This document shows, one piece after another, positions 13,489 through 45,329 of a DNA stretch of 64,000 nt. The translations under genes and the position numbers were made by a program. The notes below the pieces were generated by a model. The model was given only the letters and a program-made list of their open reading frames with translations. It was not told the DNA's origin and searched no databases. The stretch comes from Bugula neritina (lineage: Eukaryota > Animalia > Bryozoa), in assembly GCA_964035545.1 (NCBI GenBank), contig OZ037766.1, forward strand, positions 12,576,722 through 12,640,721, written 5' to 3'. How positions within the stretch are numbered: the stretch's first letter is position 1; the number at the start of each line of letters is the position of its first letter.

Positions 13489-13515
13489 CCTAATATGGAA
13501 AATAAAAGGCGGGGC
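13489..13515. promoter_or_regulatory. CArG box (CCTAATATGG) plus GC-box-like AGGCGGGGC upstream of the RLC first exon
   Basis: Perfect CC(A/T)6GG at 13489-13498, about 210 bp upstream of the RLC 5'UTR donor at 13278. SRF/CArG control is typical of muscle genes. Confidence 0.55.
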
Positions 13516-15856
13516 TAATCTCAAGGAATGAGTAGGATCCCTCAAACTAACGATACCTGCATGCACTAAGTAAGTGAATGGCCTACAGAGCTCTGTAATA
13601 GGATAATAACTGTAAGCCTACATAGTGGAGGTAGACAAATGTGCAACTGGTAATTACTAATTAGCAAATGCATCAAGAAGCTGGTAATTAGAAAAATTTG
13701 AGTACATTCTACAGACTATGAACTCAGCACTGCAGCTGAATATGATCTGTTTCTAATAGACTTAACGGGCAATATTGCTCAAGTGCTTTTCTAAAAAATC
13801 ATAAAGAAGTCATTATAAGGAAAAAATATCTAATAATTTACAAGCAGATGCAAAATTTAAATGTTGAGGGAGGAAATTTAAGGTTTTATTATATATTATC
13901 TCCAAATAGTAACCTACTAAAACTTTTTGTACGTTATAAGTTATGCATTGCGGAAAGGATTTCTCATTTTTGAAACTCAAGTATTATAGAAAATAAAATA
14001 TATTATTATCTTGTACCTCTTCAACAGCAAATGAATTTCTTGCACATGATGCATTGAGTTTTGATAAACAGTTGGGATCTATTATAACCGTCAAAACTCC
14101 TGGAATCCAGCATCATGTGAGTTATCGGTTTAACAAGAGCAGTAATAATTGTAATTTTACTATATATACACCTTGATATTTCTAATATACATAGATTAGA
14201 AACTTTACAAAGCTAAGAAACTGTGATCATAGCAGAGCTGTGTGATGAAAATAAATTTAAAAATACTAGAATTATTTGCACAAGTTACATAATATTTCAT
14301 AAAAGAATTTTAGACATTGTCATTTTGATTCTAATTTTATAGTCTGATCAATGTAGGGCAAAGTCTCGGACATGGTAATTGGTTGTTTTACCTGGTATAT
14401 TGATCATAAAATTTTAAAACGACTAAAAGTACAAATTTCAGAAACACATTTTATATTTTACAACGCGTCTAGCCATTAAATTACGTAACCTATTTATAAA
14501 AACTAATTAAAGTTAAAGCTAAGCACCTTTTCTTTCTCCTACTGCCAGTACCAGTTTTATTTAGTTCTAGCTTACGTTTACTCTTTCTGATGACATGCCT
14601 GTTGCTAGTTTCTCTAAAGGTTTCTCTTTCACTTCATGAACAAAACTTGCATGTGTTAACACATTAACATGTATTTTATGTGACTATAAATTTAAGTCAC
14701 GTGGTACATGCTGCCCTACTGCATTTATCAAAAGGTATATTTATTTAAATTAATAATTTTACATTATTTTCCAACATGTTGAAAGTATTCAATAAGGGAC
14801 TGTTCATAGAGTGATGATGTAAAATGCTTCAGCTTTAAAAACTTTAAGATTTATTCGTTATCTCTTATGACTAATTATTCCATACGCTGAGATTACAACT
14901 ACGGTGAAACTTCCATCATCATAGCATAAGTGTAGTGCAGCATGTGATAGTTCTAGATTACTTGGTGCTGCACAAACTCGAAAGAAATATAATTACTTTT
15001 ATTATGGAGAAGAAATTTCTGGTCATCATATGTGCATACACCTTAATTATAATGATTTATATATCACGTATTGCAAGTGAAAGCTATCCCATATTAATAA
15101 CAAAGCTTAATACAAACATTATAAACGAATATGCATAGGTATATTGCAAGAGCTATTCTATTGTGAGAACTTAAGCCTTATTGCAGGTAAACTGCTGCAT
15201 ATAATTAACAAAGGAATCATACTTTTATAACTGACGATATGAGGAATGATCGGATTAAGTGTTGTTGGTTAGTTGTAAAAACTCGGGCAACTTTCTAATT
15301 GATATTCAGAGCCTATCAAACATATTATCAATAAGTATTGACATGGGTATGTAGTATATTTTATTACACACACGCACACTAAGCTCAATATCTGCTGATT
15401 GAATTTGAACATTGGCTATGATTATGATGCATAAAATAATTGGTTTTACAAATGATTTTTTACATGCTTTTCCCCTTTATTGCCTTCCTTCATTGTCCTT
15501 TATTTGATTTGCATATTGCAAGTGTAACTGCACGTATATTTTATTCAGGCCTCACAGCTAACATTTATAACAGTTTATGCAAGCACCAGGTCTACTATAA
15601 CTGCTATATTTACTGTACAGATTAAAATAAGTAGCCGAGGAGCAGTATTGCTATATTAGTATAGGTACCTTACTAAAAATACTGAATTGAGATACAGCAA
15701 ACAACACACAGTAAAGACTCATGAGGCTTGAAGACTTGAAGAAACTGATCTTAGGCAAGAAAGCTGGAATTTCGACACTAAAGTGCTTAGACTTAATTCA
15801 GGCACAAGGGCGCATAAAGAACTATTGGAGTTAGGACTGAAACTTTGTTATAAAAC

Positions 15857-17648
15857 CAGGGATGTAGTGGCAAAAATGTTCTTGGCCATACTCTCAGGCC
15901 GGGGGTCCAGGGGGCCGCCCAGGCCCCCGGCGGGGTCCGGGGCAGCGCCCCGGCCGCCGAAGCCCTCAGAGCGCTTCTGATGCAAATTTATGCAATTTAA
16001 AGCCATTGTGAATTCTAACTCTTTTGAAAAAAATCTGTGTTGAAATGTGCACCTCACTATTATTTTCATACCATATTAGCTACATGACGACTGGGCATTG
16101 CTGCAAACTGTATAAATATTCAGTATTGTCCCATACCTGTTGACTGTAATTTTAAATGTAGTCTTACTCAACTGACACTAAGTCCAACCTGTACAGAAAA
16201 ATTGCTGAAGATCTCAAAAAGATGGAAGGATAGAGACAGGTAACAAGTGCTCTCCAAATGTAACCTGATTACTTTAAATAACCAATACACTGCCGTGCAC
16301 AGAAAAAGAATAATAGAACAGAACAGAGGAAGATTGCAAATCAGAAAATGTGTGTTGGTTATTTATAAAGAGCAATTTGAATTGATAACTCATTGGCAAG
16401 CAGAAATTGGTTGAAAACCTAGTTGGAGTTTATTAGAGTATAGCCTACTAGTCTAATCCATAAGGAGATACCACCGCACCTCCTTGCACACAATAAAGCA
16501 CACCAAAGAAGAGTATGTTAACTTGGTTTTAAAGTAAAACCCCTGAGCTTCCACTAGACACATCAAGGAAATATACCCAAAAGAACAAATTTGACAGGTT
16601 CAATATGTGTTAACCTAGAAGATGATTAAATGTAAAGCCAGACGTTAGTACAATCAAACATAAAAGGTTACTTATGGTGGTGTATAGTTTGCAAAACCTC
16701 ATTGCATTGATAATTAACATGGAATAACGCAACCAAAATGTAGATATAGTACCTGTAGACCTCAGTGATAAATTTTCATTAACCTCTCCTACACACCTGG
16801 TATTGTTTCCTGAAGACATTTTGATTTTATTTCTGGATTTCATGTTGGTTTTTTTCCAAATTTCATTGCTTATTGACAAAATGCAAGTCCACACAAGATA
16901 AATAATGGCAACTTTCTAGCTGACACTGCCTTGCTGAGGCCACATTATTGGTATATTATAAGAATTCAGTCCCGCCAAATAAAACCATACTTAATTGTGC
17001 TAGAATTAAAATTTAAAAACTATGTTTTAGATCTTCCTGTTCCTCAGAGCACCTGATTTTTCGAATTTTCAATATTTTTTTTTGCAAGGTTATAGACAAA
17101 AATCTACTATTTTGGCCAATTTTACCTGAAAAGTTTATTTTTCAATCCCTGCCAAATATCTCAGCAGGAAAGCATAGTATTCGAATAAAACAAACACTGT
17201 CGAAAACCTGAGAAATTTATGCATAGCAAACTTTTTTATCTTTTCAATAGCCTTCATAGATTTTCTACAAATTAGTGATTTATACACTGAAAATGAAATA
17301 TTTTTTCCTTAGTAATCACTAATGCGCAGCACTTCGCGCTTCAATGAATACGTAGAGATGAGAAGATGGAATGTTGATAGCTGCTTATTATTCATAGTGT
17401 AATCTCAGGCTAAACAATCACAAGTAGGCAACACGCATGCCACCCACATAGCATTAACATAACAAGAACTTAAACTAGATTGTGAGCGAAATTTATGATG
17501 TTCTCAGTGAGGATGCCCTAACTATCCTGTGCACTAATCAGTAACACTTTCAAAAAATATATGCCCATACGGGCGTATGGCCAAGAACAGCCTATTTTCT
17601 TCTAGGCCATACGGCGTATGGGACCGTATGGGTACCACTACATCCCTG
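15857..17648. mobile_element. Non-autonomous hAT DNA transposon, 1792 bp, intact ends
   Basis: Perfect 14-bp TIRs CAGGGATGTAGTGG / CCACTACATCCCTG; perfect 8-bp TSD TATAAAAC (15849-15856 and 17649-17656); GC-rich subterminal block at ~15897-15965; repeated CCATAC/GTATGG motifs near both ends; no transposase ORF. Confidence 0.93.
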
Positions 17649-18099
17649 TATAAAACCATTTTGTTTTTATGTAATAAATTAATTTAATGCATTTTGTTTC
17701 GGAGTTGTCTTCTTGTTTGCTTATTTATTCCTGTGAACGACCTGTAGACCTATTTATGCTTTAGCTAAATGAAAGTAACAAAAATCACTATAAATAGCAG
17801 TTAAAAGTGATTAGGTGCAGTGGTTGGGGTCCCGAGTCTGGAGTTGAGGGTTTGGAGTTCGGCCAATGATGTGTATACAAACACTGTAGGTTTCTCAGAC
17901 ACCTCCAACTTGCTGCTTTTAGTGAGTCCTAGATGTAACACTATATTGCTATATTGCTCTTATTCACTCTCAATATTTAATACATTATAGTAGAAAGCTT
18001 CTGTTGTGCGGTTCTCAGATTGCATAAATAAAGTGCACGGAAAGAACTTTTGTTTGTAGAGTTGTCTGTTCACAGCAGATAATTTCTCGTAATTGCAAT

Positions 18100-21000
18100 A
18101 TGGCGGCGCCCATAAAATGCGTCAAGTTTTTGAAGCAACTTAACTCACCAATAATTTCTACTAGTTTAATTCACAGAGTAAATGCATTTGATTTTGTTCA
18201 CAGTCAAACTGCAGTTGGAAGGTAAATTCTAGTAATTTTTATTTCAGCCCAATTTACCAAAATGAAAAGCAACTATGCTATCACTATCACTATGACTATC
18301 ACTATCACTATCAGTATGAGTATCACTATCAGCATGAGTATCACTAAGACATTGACTAGTCACTATACTCTAAGTCTAACTCTAAGTCAGTCTATAAGTA
18401 TAAGTATAGACAATCACATTGAAATACTGATACTCATAAGTCTCATACTCATAAGTCTCATATTGATATTCATAGTCACAAACATAGCCATAGAGTGATA
18501 GTGATAGTCATAGTTAATGTGATAGTCATACTCATAGTCATAGTGATACTCATAGTCATACTGATAGTGATACTGATGGTTAAACCCAATGTTATGCAAA
18601 TACTTATAGTTATACTAATACTTATAGTACTAGTACTATGATTATCATTATCATAATGAATATGATATTCATATTGAATTTCAATTTGATAATCATAAAT
18701 AATGATGCTAAATACTGATGAGATAGTGATATTCATACTATGTCTGTATCATATTGAATAGAGTGAATACTGATACTCACCATCAGTATCACTATGACTG
18801 TATGACTATGACTATGAGAAAGGGTATCAGTATGGTTATTGTTATAGCTAACGTCAACGCTGAACACACTCACAGTAAGTGTAACACTGTGACTGTAACA
18901 CTAACAGTAACAGTATGACTAATAGTAATAGCAATACTATGGGTGCCAATAGCAGTATGAGATTGAGTATCAGTATTACTACCAGCAACTTATTAATATT
19001 ACCTATTGCTTATAGTTTATGGCTATTGTCATTACCATTATGATTATTATTATGCTACTTTAATTCAGTATTTAAATTTTAAATAAATGATAGATTAAAG
19101 TACAAGTTAGACTTGATAAATGTAATAGTCAAATTAGCAATTAAATAATCTCAATAAATTTGATGTAAAATAAATATAGGTATTTATATTTATAGTTGTT
19201 GAAAATAAGTTTAAAATATAGAAATAACAGATGTAGTGGATAAAAATGAATTAAAAGTTGAATAATTTGATGGCAATATTCATATTAATTAGTGTAATTA
19301 TATTATCAATGAAAATACTAAATATCAATTATAATATTATATTATTTATTATCATAATAATAATAATCAGGCAATCATGCCATAAATCTAATGAGAATGA
19401 CTAGACTCGCGTAAAATATTAATATGTAGCATCAAGTTCACATTTAACTCCGAAATTGCAAACAGAGTAACCTGTTTAGCTTTATTATTATTATGGTTAT
19501 CAAGAATAAATGTAGCATTAGTTACCGTTATAAATTATAAATTTTACATTGTAGTCATAATGCTAATTAAGAAAGAGTTTTTTAAGATTTAATAATAATG
19601 TATTATGCTATTGCTTGTTATTGTAAGTTAGTGTGGTAATTATTATCATCATTATGATTGCTGTCAATGTCCAACTTTGATTCTTAATTAGCCTTAGTCC
19701 TTACCAATATTATTATGTTTACTATGATCATATCAATTGTCATTGTGACTTCTACTAATAGCTAAATTTAGTGTGTAGGCTAAAGTGACTTGCAAGTTTT
19801 TAATCAACTTTTCAACTGATGTATGTAATGCTCATTTGAAATTACCAATTGATCGCAACTATAATAAACTAAATAAATATTTAAGTTTCATTCAAGCTAG
19901 TTTAAATTAATTATTTTATATAATTAATAAATAAGTAAGAATAGATAGAAAAGTTGCCAACATTTAGTTAAACTGATGATACACTTTGTCCTAATTACTC
20001 TAACAATTAATTTGCCTAATAACGAAACATAGTTAATTAGTTAACTACTAAGCTACTCTGTGGTATCATTGTATGCAGAAGTTTATTATAATTTATTTAA
20101 TTGTCGTCTTTGTAGTAATAGAACACTTACTACTTCTACCCCTGCCCACTCAGTGTATAACCCACGGTATGTTGAACCATTCACTGATAAAAGCAAGCTC
20201 CCTGCATCAATAGATGATTTCGGAGAAAGAGTTTTCTTACCTGTGAAGGCACTAGTTCCCAGTCACAAGATAACGCATTACCATGACCCTCTAGTGGAGT
20301 TAGTTATTATAATATTAATATTCAATCATAAATAATATAAAGACATATGTTGTGTTTATTAATGTATAATCCATATATTAGGATTGTTAATTGTTTTCCG
20401 GGTAAATCAATTTACTTTTTTTAATACTAATGTTATTGGTTCTGATAAAATTTATTAGTTACACTTATATTTTGACATCTGCAATGGGTGTAGTTGTGCT
20501 GCTGCTTTATTCATATTACTTGGTTGATAATTTTAGGCGATTCATTAATTGTTGTATGAGTCATGGGGAAAGAAACTTAGCAAAAGAGATAGTGGCGAAG
20601 GTAATTTAATGTCAGACTGATAAACTATTTAATGAGGTTGTTTAGACATTCAGATTTTAATAACATCTACAAATTTTCCATTTTAGTGTGATTAATCAAA
20701 TGCTCTTTGTATTTATCCTCTTCACCAATTTATTAAATATAGTAACAAATCATAACGTTTTTACTCTAAATTTGTATATTATTGTTGTGTAGCGGAGAGC
20801 CTCCAAACCCTCCTTTCTTTCTATTTGGAGTTTTTTCTTATTTTCAGGCTTTTGAACGCATCAAGTTGATTCAATTGGATAAGTACTATAAAGCCCAGAG
20901 TGATTTTGAAAGAGAGCAAATCATCTGTGATCCACTGAAAATCTTTCATCTAGCATTTGCTAATGTCAAGCCTGTGTTTAGGTTACTGCGGCACATTAAA

Positions 21001-24000
21001 AGTGGCACGATATACATGGTGAGAAAATCAACTATGTCAAGTGCAACTTATTTTATATAAATCTTCATGTAGGTAAAGTAAATATAATATAACATTCTCA
21101 TTAATAACATTCTATGCTTTTCTGCTATAATTCATAGGTTGTTCGTTTTTATATTTCTATGTAAGTAAACCAGTTGAGTCAAATTATTCAAGCCATTGTA
21201 ACAAGTTTATTTGAGTCAAGTATTTAAATTAGCAAGTACTCAAGTACATGTGATTTACACCCAGCTCAGTCCTTTATCATACATTTCTCTGTGGTGTCTA
21301 TAACTTTGCCCCTAATTTACTCACTTGAAACTTTCTGACCATTTAAATGAACTACTGAGTGATACTTTATTATTGCACATTGCATATAGAATATAAATTT
21401 GACGATTATATGCACTGAAATGAAAATTATTCAATTATTTTATTTCATATGTTATTAAAACAATTTTACTAATTTATGAAGATTATATGAGGCTCAGAGT
21501 TTTTTTAATTTGTTTTGGTTAGATTTGTTTTGCCACTGGTGAAGTACAATCAAGTAGTCTAATCTATCTATTGCTCTGTATAAAATGAATAAGAAAGTTA
21601 GTTTCTCAAACTTTCTGTTTATATTCATTTCCTGTTTTCAAGGTTCCAATAGCAGCTAAACCCAACCAGGCAGAGCTGATGGCTTTTTGCTGGCTCAGAG
21701 ATTCTGCTAAAAACAAGCCGAAGTTTGTTTCCTTCTGGGACGCTTTGGCCAGAGAATTGATAGATGCTTCACAAAACACAGTGAGCCTATATAGTGTATA
21801 CATACATTGAGCCTAGAAGTGCATAGGTTGAGCTTGGCGATACATAAGCAAGAGTTGTGTCATCCTTTTAGCTGTTGATTTAGGGTACACAACTCCTTGT
21901 CACCCAGCTATTGATTTGGGAAATGCAACTCCAAAGTTGTTATACACATTTGGGCATATTTACCACTCCCGTTCATTATCACAGCATTTCCTAATTCTAA
22001 AACAAATGTGTAGTATCATTGAACTATAAACCTATAGTTTTTGTTCAGTGTGTAGTATTATTTGCTAGTGTTGATTTAGCAAGCATATATATTTGACTTC
22101 TCACAGTTTAGTTTGAATTATTTCTAAGTACATTTGTTTTGTCTAGTGATGGAGGTTTGTCTTCAAAATATGAGAATTGCAAAAGAGTGCCAGCTCTTTC
22201 ACCTTATGTTTTGTTGTACTTATTATAAAGGGTAACAATGTTGCAATTAGACAGAAATAGATTTCTGTTTTGGCAATCAAAATAAATTTAATTTCTATTT
22301 TAAGCGCACAACATTTACAGTTTTAGTTTATTATTATAAATATTTGAAACAGTTTCAGATGTCCGAAATTGCTCAATGCATTTAATACCAGCATACCCTG
22401 CAATGGTGTAGTAAGATATTTTTAACTTCATTTTGGAAGTTTTAGGTGCTAATAGCATTTTATTTTTATGAATCTAGAAGTGCATTAAGGCAAGCTATAT
22501 ATACTAATTAGATTGTAAAACAAGTGGGAGCAAATCAAATAAATTGACTTTCTTATTTGTATTCTTCACATGATATTCCAGTAAGTGCAGTTTGTTGTAT
22601 TGATTAGAGAATACCCAGAGATGATTGAAAGTCAATATTGTAATTTGTGTAGGCCAGCTGACTCAAGAAGATTGTAAGTTGAGTGGTTTTTGTTTTAAAG
22701 GAGTCTTCAAAAGTTGTTAGGTTATTGAAAGTTTGAATGCTGATGGTCCAGATGAGTTGTGGGTTTAAAGAAGTGTTTACGGCTTTGTAACTCTTTATTC
22801 TGAAGATGTTCCTTAACAGTGGCAACTTTTAGTATGAAGCATTATGGATCATTGATTTGTGTTCTCATAGTTAGAGTTTAGGAGGAGACTTTCTATTTTA
22901 ATATTTTGTGGTACTTCATAAATTTTAAACTAATAACTGCATTGTTCACTGTTCAAGTTGAATAATACCTAAAGCAGTGCAAGCTGTAGAATATTCAGGG
23001 GGTTGTCTTCACCACTTTCATATAGCTTGACATATTATTTAACTGATTACTAATTATACCCACTAAAGTCGCATCAAGTATACTGTACACAGTAGTTAGT
23101 TTTTTTAAAAAGAAACCCTTTATCTATTATATGAACTATGCTACGCTTAATAATAAATTATAGTGCTCATGTATAATGTATGAAATGTAATTTAGGAAAG
23201 TTTCGGACTGTTGCTATAATATACTTACTCAATTGAAGTTATAACTAATGAATCCATATCTCTCTAATAAACATAGAGTTCAGATTTTTGAGTGGTTTTT
23301 TACTTTTCGGGATGCTTTCTGGTAAAAGTTGTCTTAGTGCCTTTGTTCTGGTTCACCAAATTGTGCTACTTTATTCAAATACCTTCTTCCTAGTTTTTTT
23401 ATTTCAATTGTGAAACAAATGAAAGTTGACAGTACTAGGTCAGAGTTAGGCTCATTTTTCATTGTCAAGAGCTGATATGTTTAAAATAGAAATATATTAC
23501 GTGCTATTTTATTTAGTTTGTTAAAAGCCAAGTACTAACTTGATGATAATTCCGCTTCTGATCTGGAACTTTTTAGACCAATTCTGCTAGCCATCTCTCT
23601 AGAGCTTCTTTAATACTTTCAAAAATTTAGTTTGGCCAGTTGAAAATTTCACTGAGTTGCCACCCATCAAGATTGTCTCATGCTGACTTCCTTAGCAGCT
23701 TCATAATAACAGTAAAAGGTAGTGGTGAATCCTAGTAGATATCAGCATTTAAAGCTTACTTTAGATTAACCTGTAGATAGTCAAGTAAAAGCTTCAAATT
23801 TTATAATTCTATCAGCTGCCATTCTTAATTATCGATTTTTGCAATTGACTTCTGGGATACCTTACATTTTCAAAAGGCATCAATAGCGATTTAGGATCAT
23901 ATTTATAACTATTAGAAAGTGATTTTCTGCATCAATATGATTTCAGAGTTTCAGTAAAGCTATAGAGGGGGGAATTTGACCGGTTTTTTTTAAGTGAAAG

Positions 24001-26564
24001 TATAAATGCGCTTTAATTATAGTCAGCTTTTAGTTAAACTCAAGTCTCTCTCCAATTTTAATTAGTTTTGAGTGTCATTGACTTTTCAGCTCGGATGCTA
24101 TCATCAGTCCATTGCTGTCCTTTGTGTATCTCCTATGTCACTCAAAGTTTCACTGCAGCAACTAAGCCATTCTTGTCATAGGCAGCCTGCAGCATCTTCT
24201 GTGTTTCTTGCACTTTTTCTCAAATTGTATACAATAGATTAATGCTATAAGACTCTAAAAAAATCTATAAAAAGCTTCTAAATTTCTAAAAAAAATTATG
24301 GTCTGATAAATATTCAATTTTCTCTCAAAAAGTGAGCTCGTTTTGCTGGTTTTATGCTCGTTGGTTAATAAAGCTCTCTTAAAATATATAATCTCAAAAG
24401 GTATTTTTTATTTGGTATTATTTTATACTAATTATTTCCATTTGCAGAATTTTTCTATAACTTTTCAGTCTGAAGTTATATAGAAAGTTAGTATCTCCAT
24501 ATTATTCTGAAGAAATATGGTAAGATTAAGATTAAGTTTTCTTGAAGAATTAGGAATAGTGATGGTGTAGATACTAGATATATTATTATGTCATTGGCCC
24601 ACTGGATTTTCTTGCTACAAAATTACAACAAATAAATCAAATGTATAATATTTTGCCAAGCTTGGCATTTTGTATGATAATATCTCTTGTGAACCAAGAA
24701 TTATGTTAAAAATAAAATTATATTCCCACCAGTACCTTTGCTAGACTAATGATCCCGAGGAGAAGCTCCAAGATTTATAGGAAAAGATAAGAGCATCGGT
24801 TTTTGGTTTGTTAGTGAAATGTTGACATCTGATGATACATTTATTTGGGAAGAGCTACATACAATCACAGGTGATCTGCCAATTTGTTAAACAGGTTTTA
24901 TAGGCTATTTGTATTTCCAGGTATTTGACTGGTATTAGTCATAATATACATTAAATTTGAGGCCTAGTTCAGAATATTTATAACTTTTAACTTTTGATCT
25001 TCAAAACTGACCGCCAGTTGTTTGGTTTTCTACATTAGTCTTGTGATTGATGGTGCAGCTAAGTTTTATATCTCATGTTATTTATGCAATCTCTGTTATG
25101 CCTAACTAGACTTTGATATGTCTACCATTAGTGTTCTATTTGGGTCACAGCTATCTTTTCTCCATTATTCTTGACTTCTTACAAATCTGTTCAACTGCTC
25201 ATTTTTAAACAAGAAACTCACCAAAGTTTATAGTCACTATCCCTGTGAGAAACCCCGATGGAAAGAGTTTTTTTAAGCATACTAAGGACTTATTCATATA
25301 TGGCACAGGAGCAAATATAACTGGATGCTCTTCCGAACATCACCAATGGCCTTTACAGGGTTCGGACCCGTGACTTCGTGCTTACTTAGCCAACGCTTTA
25401 ACCTCTAGACCGCGGCTGCTCATTTCTTGAGATGTTTTTCTATTATAAAACTCTTTTTACAGTCATGGAATGTTTTATGCACCTAAGCATTTCATATTTA
25501 AATCTGGTTGTGAAGCAGGAAAAGTGTAACACAAGTTGAATTAATATTGCAAGTCTTATCTCATAGAATATGAAATAATTTGCATGCTGTTTTGGTGAGA
25601 ATCCAGGAGTAATTGTTGCTCATCACTTCACCAGCAAATCACTCTAGAATGAGGAGGCTGCGTGCATGCAGGGTTGGTCATGTGATTGTATAGGTAGTTT
25701 CCTTGAACTCCTCTAACTGCCAATTTGGTAACATAGTGGATGACTGCTTAAAACACCCTGAAAGGGTGTATAGGTGTGGTAAAGTTCAACAAATTTGTGA
25801 ATGAATATTACAATTACTTTCTATGCATGCAATCTCCATAAAAATACAATGCTATTACAATCACGCGTTTCATCCATTGATGAATAATTTAAATAAAATG
25901 CATACATTTGATGATGTTATGCAGTCATCTTGTTCATTTCCATGTATCATCACAAATACATTTGAAAAAATAGATAGCCAGAACTTAATACAGCTCTACC
26001 TGTTTCCCCTACATAAATTACCTACATTGTAGGTCAGTTTCTGTTTAGTTGGCTAGTTCTAATTTCATAGAAACTGTGCTAGTTTTTGACAAAGCAAGCA
26101 TCAATGTTCCAGGAAATTATATAATTCTTTTGAAATTATTATTACCTGCATTGAATAATAATTCTGGTACATATATTATTGATGTGTTACAAGCATTATG
26201 CATCATATGCAAAGAAATTGTGAATGTGACTGGATGAATAGTGGCTGAATTTACATTCTCAATGTTTTTTTTTCTCAGAAATGTTGACGTCTATTCTTGC
26301 TTGTGATTATAGTAAGCAAGATAGGTGGCCTTCTTTTAAAAAATAGTTTATGCTAAAATTGTTGAAGTATATTCAATTTGATCATGTTTCCTACTCTCAC
26401 TCCTCATTATTCAATAGAGGCTGTAGTTACTTCAGTGTAAATATTTTCAACCATTTAATAACAGTATTGTAATTCTACAGGGGAAAAGTGTAAGAAAGAA
26501 GCTTGATTTACATAGACAATGTAACCAGAATAAAGCATACGCACACTTCATCTGGACAAAATGA
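18100..26564 (+). CDS. MRPS7: Mitochondrial 28S ribosomal protein S7 (uS7m)
   Basis: Exons: 18100-18221 (MAAPIKCVKFLKQL..., presequence-like); 20116-~20299 (...YNPRYVEP...HDPLVE); ~20537-20600 (RFINCCMSHGERNLAKEIVAK); ~20849-21018 (AFERIKLIQL...DPLKIFHLAFANVKPV...SGTIYM); ~21643-21780 (VPIAAKPNQAELMAFCWLRD...LARELIDASQNT); 26481-26564 (GKSVRKKLDLHRQCNQNKAYAHFIWTK*). Motifs match the uS7 family. Confidence 0.92.
18272..19050. repeat. Degenerate period-6 tract (ACTATC/AGTATG/GTGATA type) in MRPS7 intron 1
   Basis: Visible hexamer periodicity. Blocks 18272-18350 and 18494-18578 are roughly reverse complements of each other. Confidence 0.85.
22600..24200 (-). mobile_element. Highly decayed non-LTR retrotransposon (LINE) remnant(s) in MRPS7 intron 5
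   Basis: Broken minus-strand peptides resemble RT-ORF2 landmarks in the expected order: DDSIRAE (~24100), PLYSF (~23970), GIPEV (~23855), ASRIGLK (~23580), and a LINE C-terminus-like IW...SFKTK (~22750-22690). Many stops and frameshifts. Confidence 0.4.
25227..25420 (-). mobile_element. tRNA-derived SINE copy 2, possibly with a V-type core
   Basis: Minus strand reads AGCAGCCGCGGTCTAGAGG (A-box-like) ... GGGTCCGAACCC (B-box-like), then TGGTGATGTTCGGAAGAGCATCCAGTTATA. From memory this resembles the V-SINE core GGAAGGGCATCCGG. Second copy at ~1018-1188. Confidence 0.7.
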
Positions 26565-27346
26565 CGCTACAGCTCGGGATTGGGTATTCAAATCAGTGTA
26601 TATCATTCATAAGTATTACAATGGTTTGGTTTTCTACTTTTATTTTTGTTTTATATCACAGGATATATTATAAACTTTAAATAAACAAAATAAAGACAGA
26701 CAATCATGTTTTGTATTGACTTAGAAACTTTTAACAGTTATTGTGTGAAAAGATATGACATGAACTATATGGTAACAAAGAAAAGAAAAAACAACTTTGT
26801 GTGTACTATGTATGCTATATACCACTAAGACTAGCGCTATATCAAGCCAGTAGCCATCTGTAACTACGTGTTTTTACAGCATAGCAGAATTTTAAAAACA
26901 GTGTGCAGCTAAATGGTATTACATGTATAGTATTACTATATACGAAAAATTGACAGCACCTTTGAACAGGCCAAGTGCCTTGCTATCTTACACTGGCTTG
27001 ATAACTTCTTACATACAAGAATAAACATACAATATTTTTGAAGAACCAGTGCAACAAGGTGACAAACATAAACGAGTACTGCTGCTAATATATTTCAATG
27101 ATAATTTTAAAGAAAATAAATATTCAAAGAGTGTTTGTATTAGTGGAGAATGTTTTGTGTACTCTTGCTGAATATTAAATTTTCACAAAAATATGGCATC
27201 AAACTTTAAGAAATTTTGTAATTCCCAGCAAGATTGGAATGTCGAAAACTATTGGTTAAAATATCTTTCTTGCCAAAATGAGACATCTACATTTACTAGA
27301 AATGAATAAATAGAAGTTAAAATTTGAAAATGTGTGATTGAAATCG

Positions 27347-44791
<17,445 letters not shown>

Positions 44792-45329
44792 TTTCTTTCA
44801 GTTTAGCTAAAGTATTGCGCAATTTCTCTAGGCTCCAAATGTATGAAGTGGCAAGTTGTTTCTAAAGATTATGATGCATTTAACAACATGGGCTAAATAT
44901 GCCTAGTTTAGTTCAATGGAATAATACCCACAGTAATATAATCACTGATAACAATTTAAATAACATCATTTAGCCAGAATGTTTCAAATTATCTACATTC
45001 ATAAAATAAATTAGAACAAACAACCAAGCATTGTTATCTCAAAAAATCTTAAACATATGGAATTAATTTGGAGTTGTTTTCTCTCAACTAATGTAATTTG
45101 CAATTGAAAAGTTCAAGGTTATCCACGCCTGTCGTTAATTACGAATACTTCATAGCTGGTGTTATTAAAATTTTAATAAATTGTTAACTGTCATCGTTTA
45201 TAATTACTGTGAAACCGGATATCAAAATGAAAATGGTTATTTTTAATTTTTTCTTTGTAATAATAATAATTATAGACACTGCTCATAATATACGTCTATG
45301 ATTTTGAATTCTATGGTATACTACGTCTA

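Noticed and set aside
15783-16069. Pro/Gly-rich ORFs on both strands
   Set aside because: They straddle the hAT element boundary and its GC-rich subterminal block; no evidence of coding.
18262-18736. ITIS/HYDY-rich ORFs (likewise at 45298-45716)
   Set aside because: Products of the period-6 low-complexity tracts.
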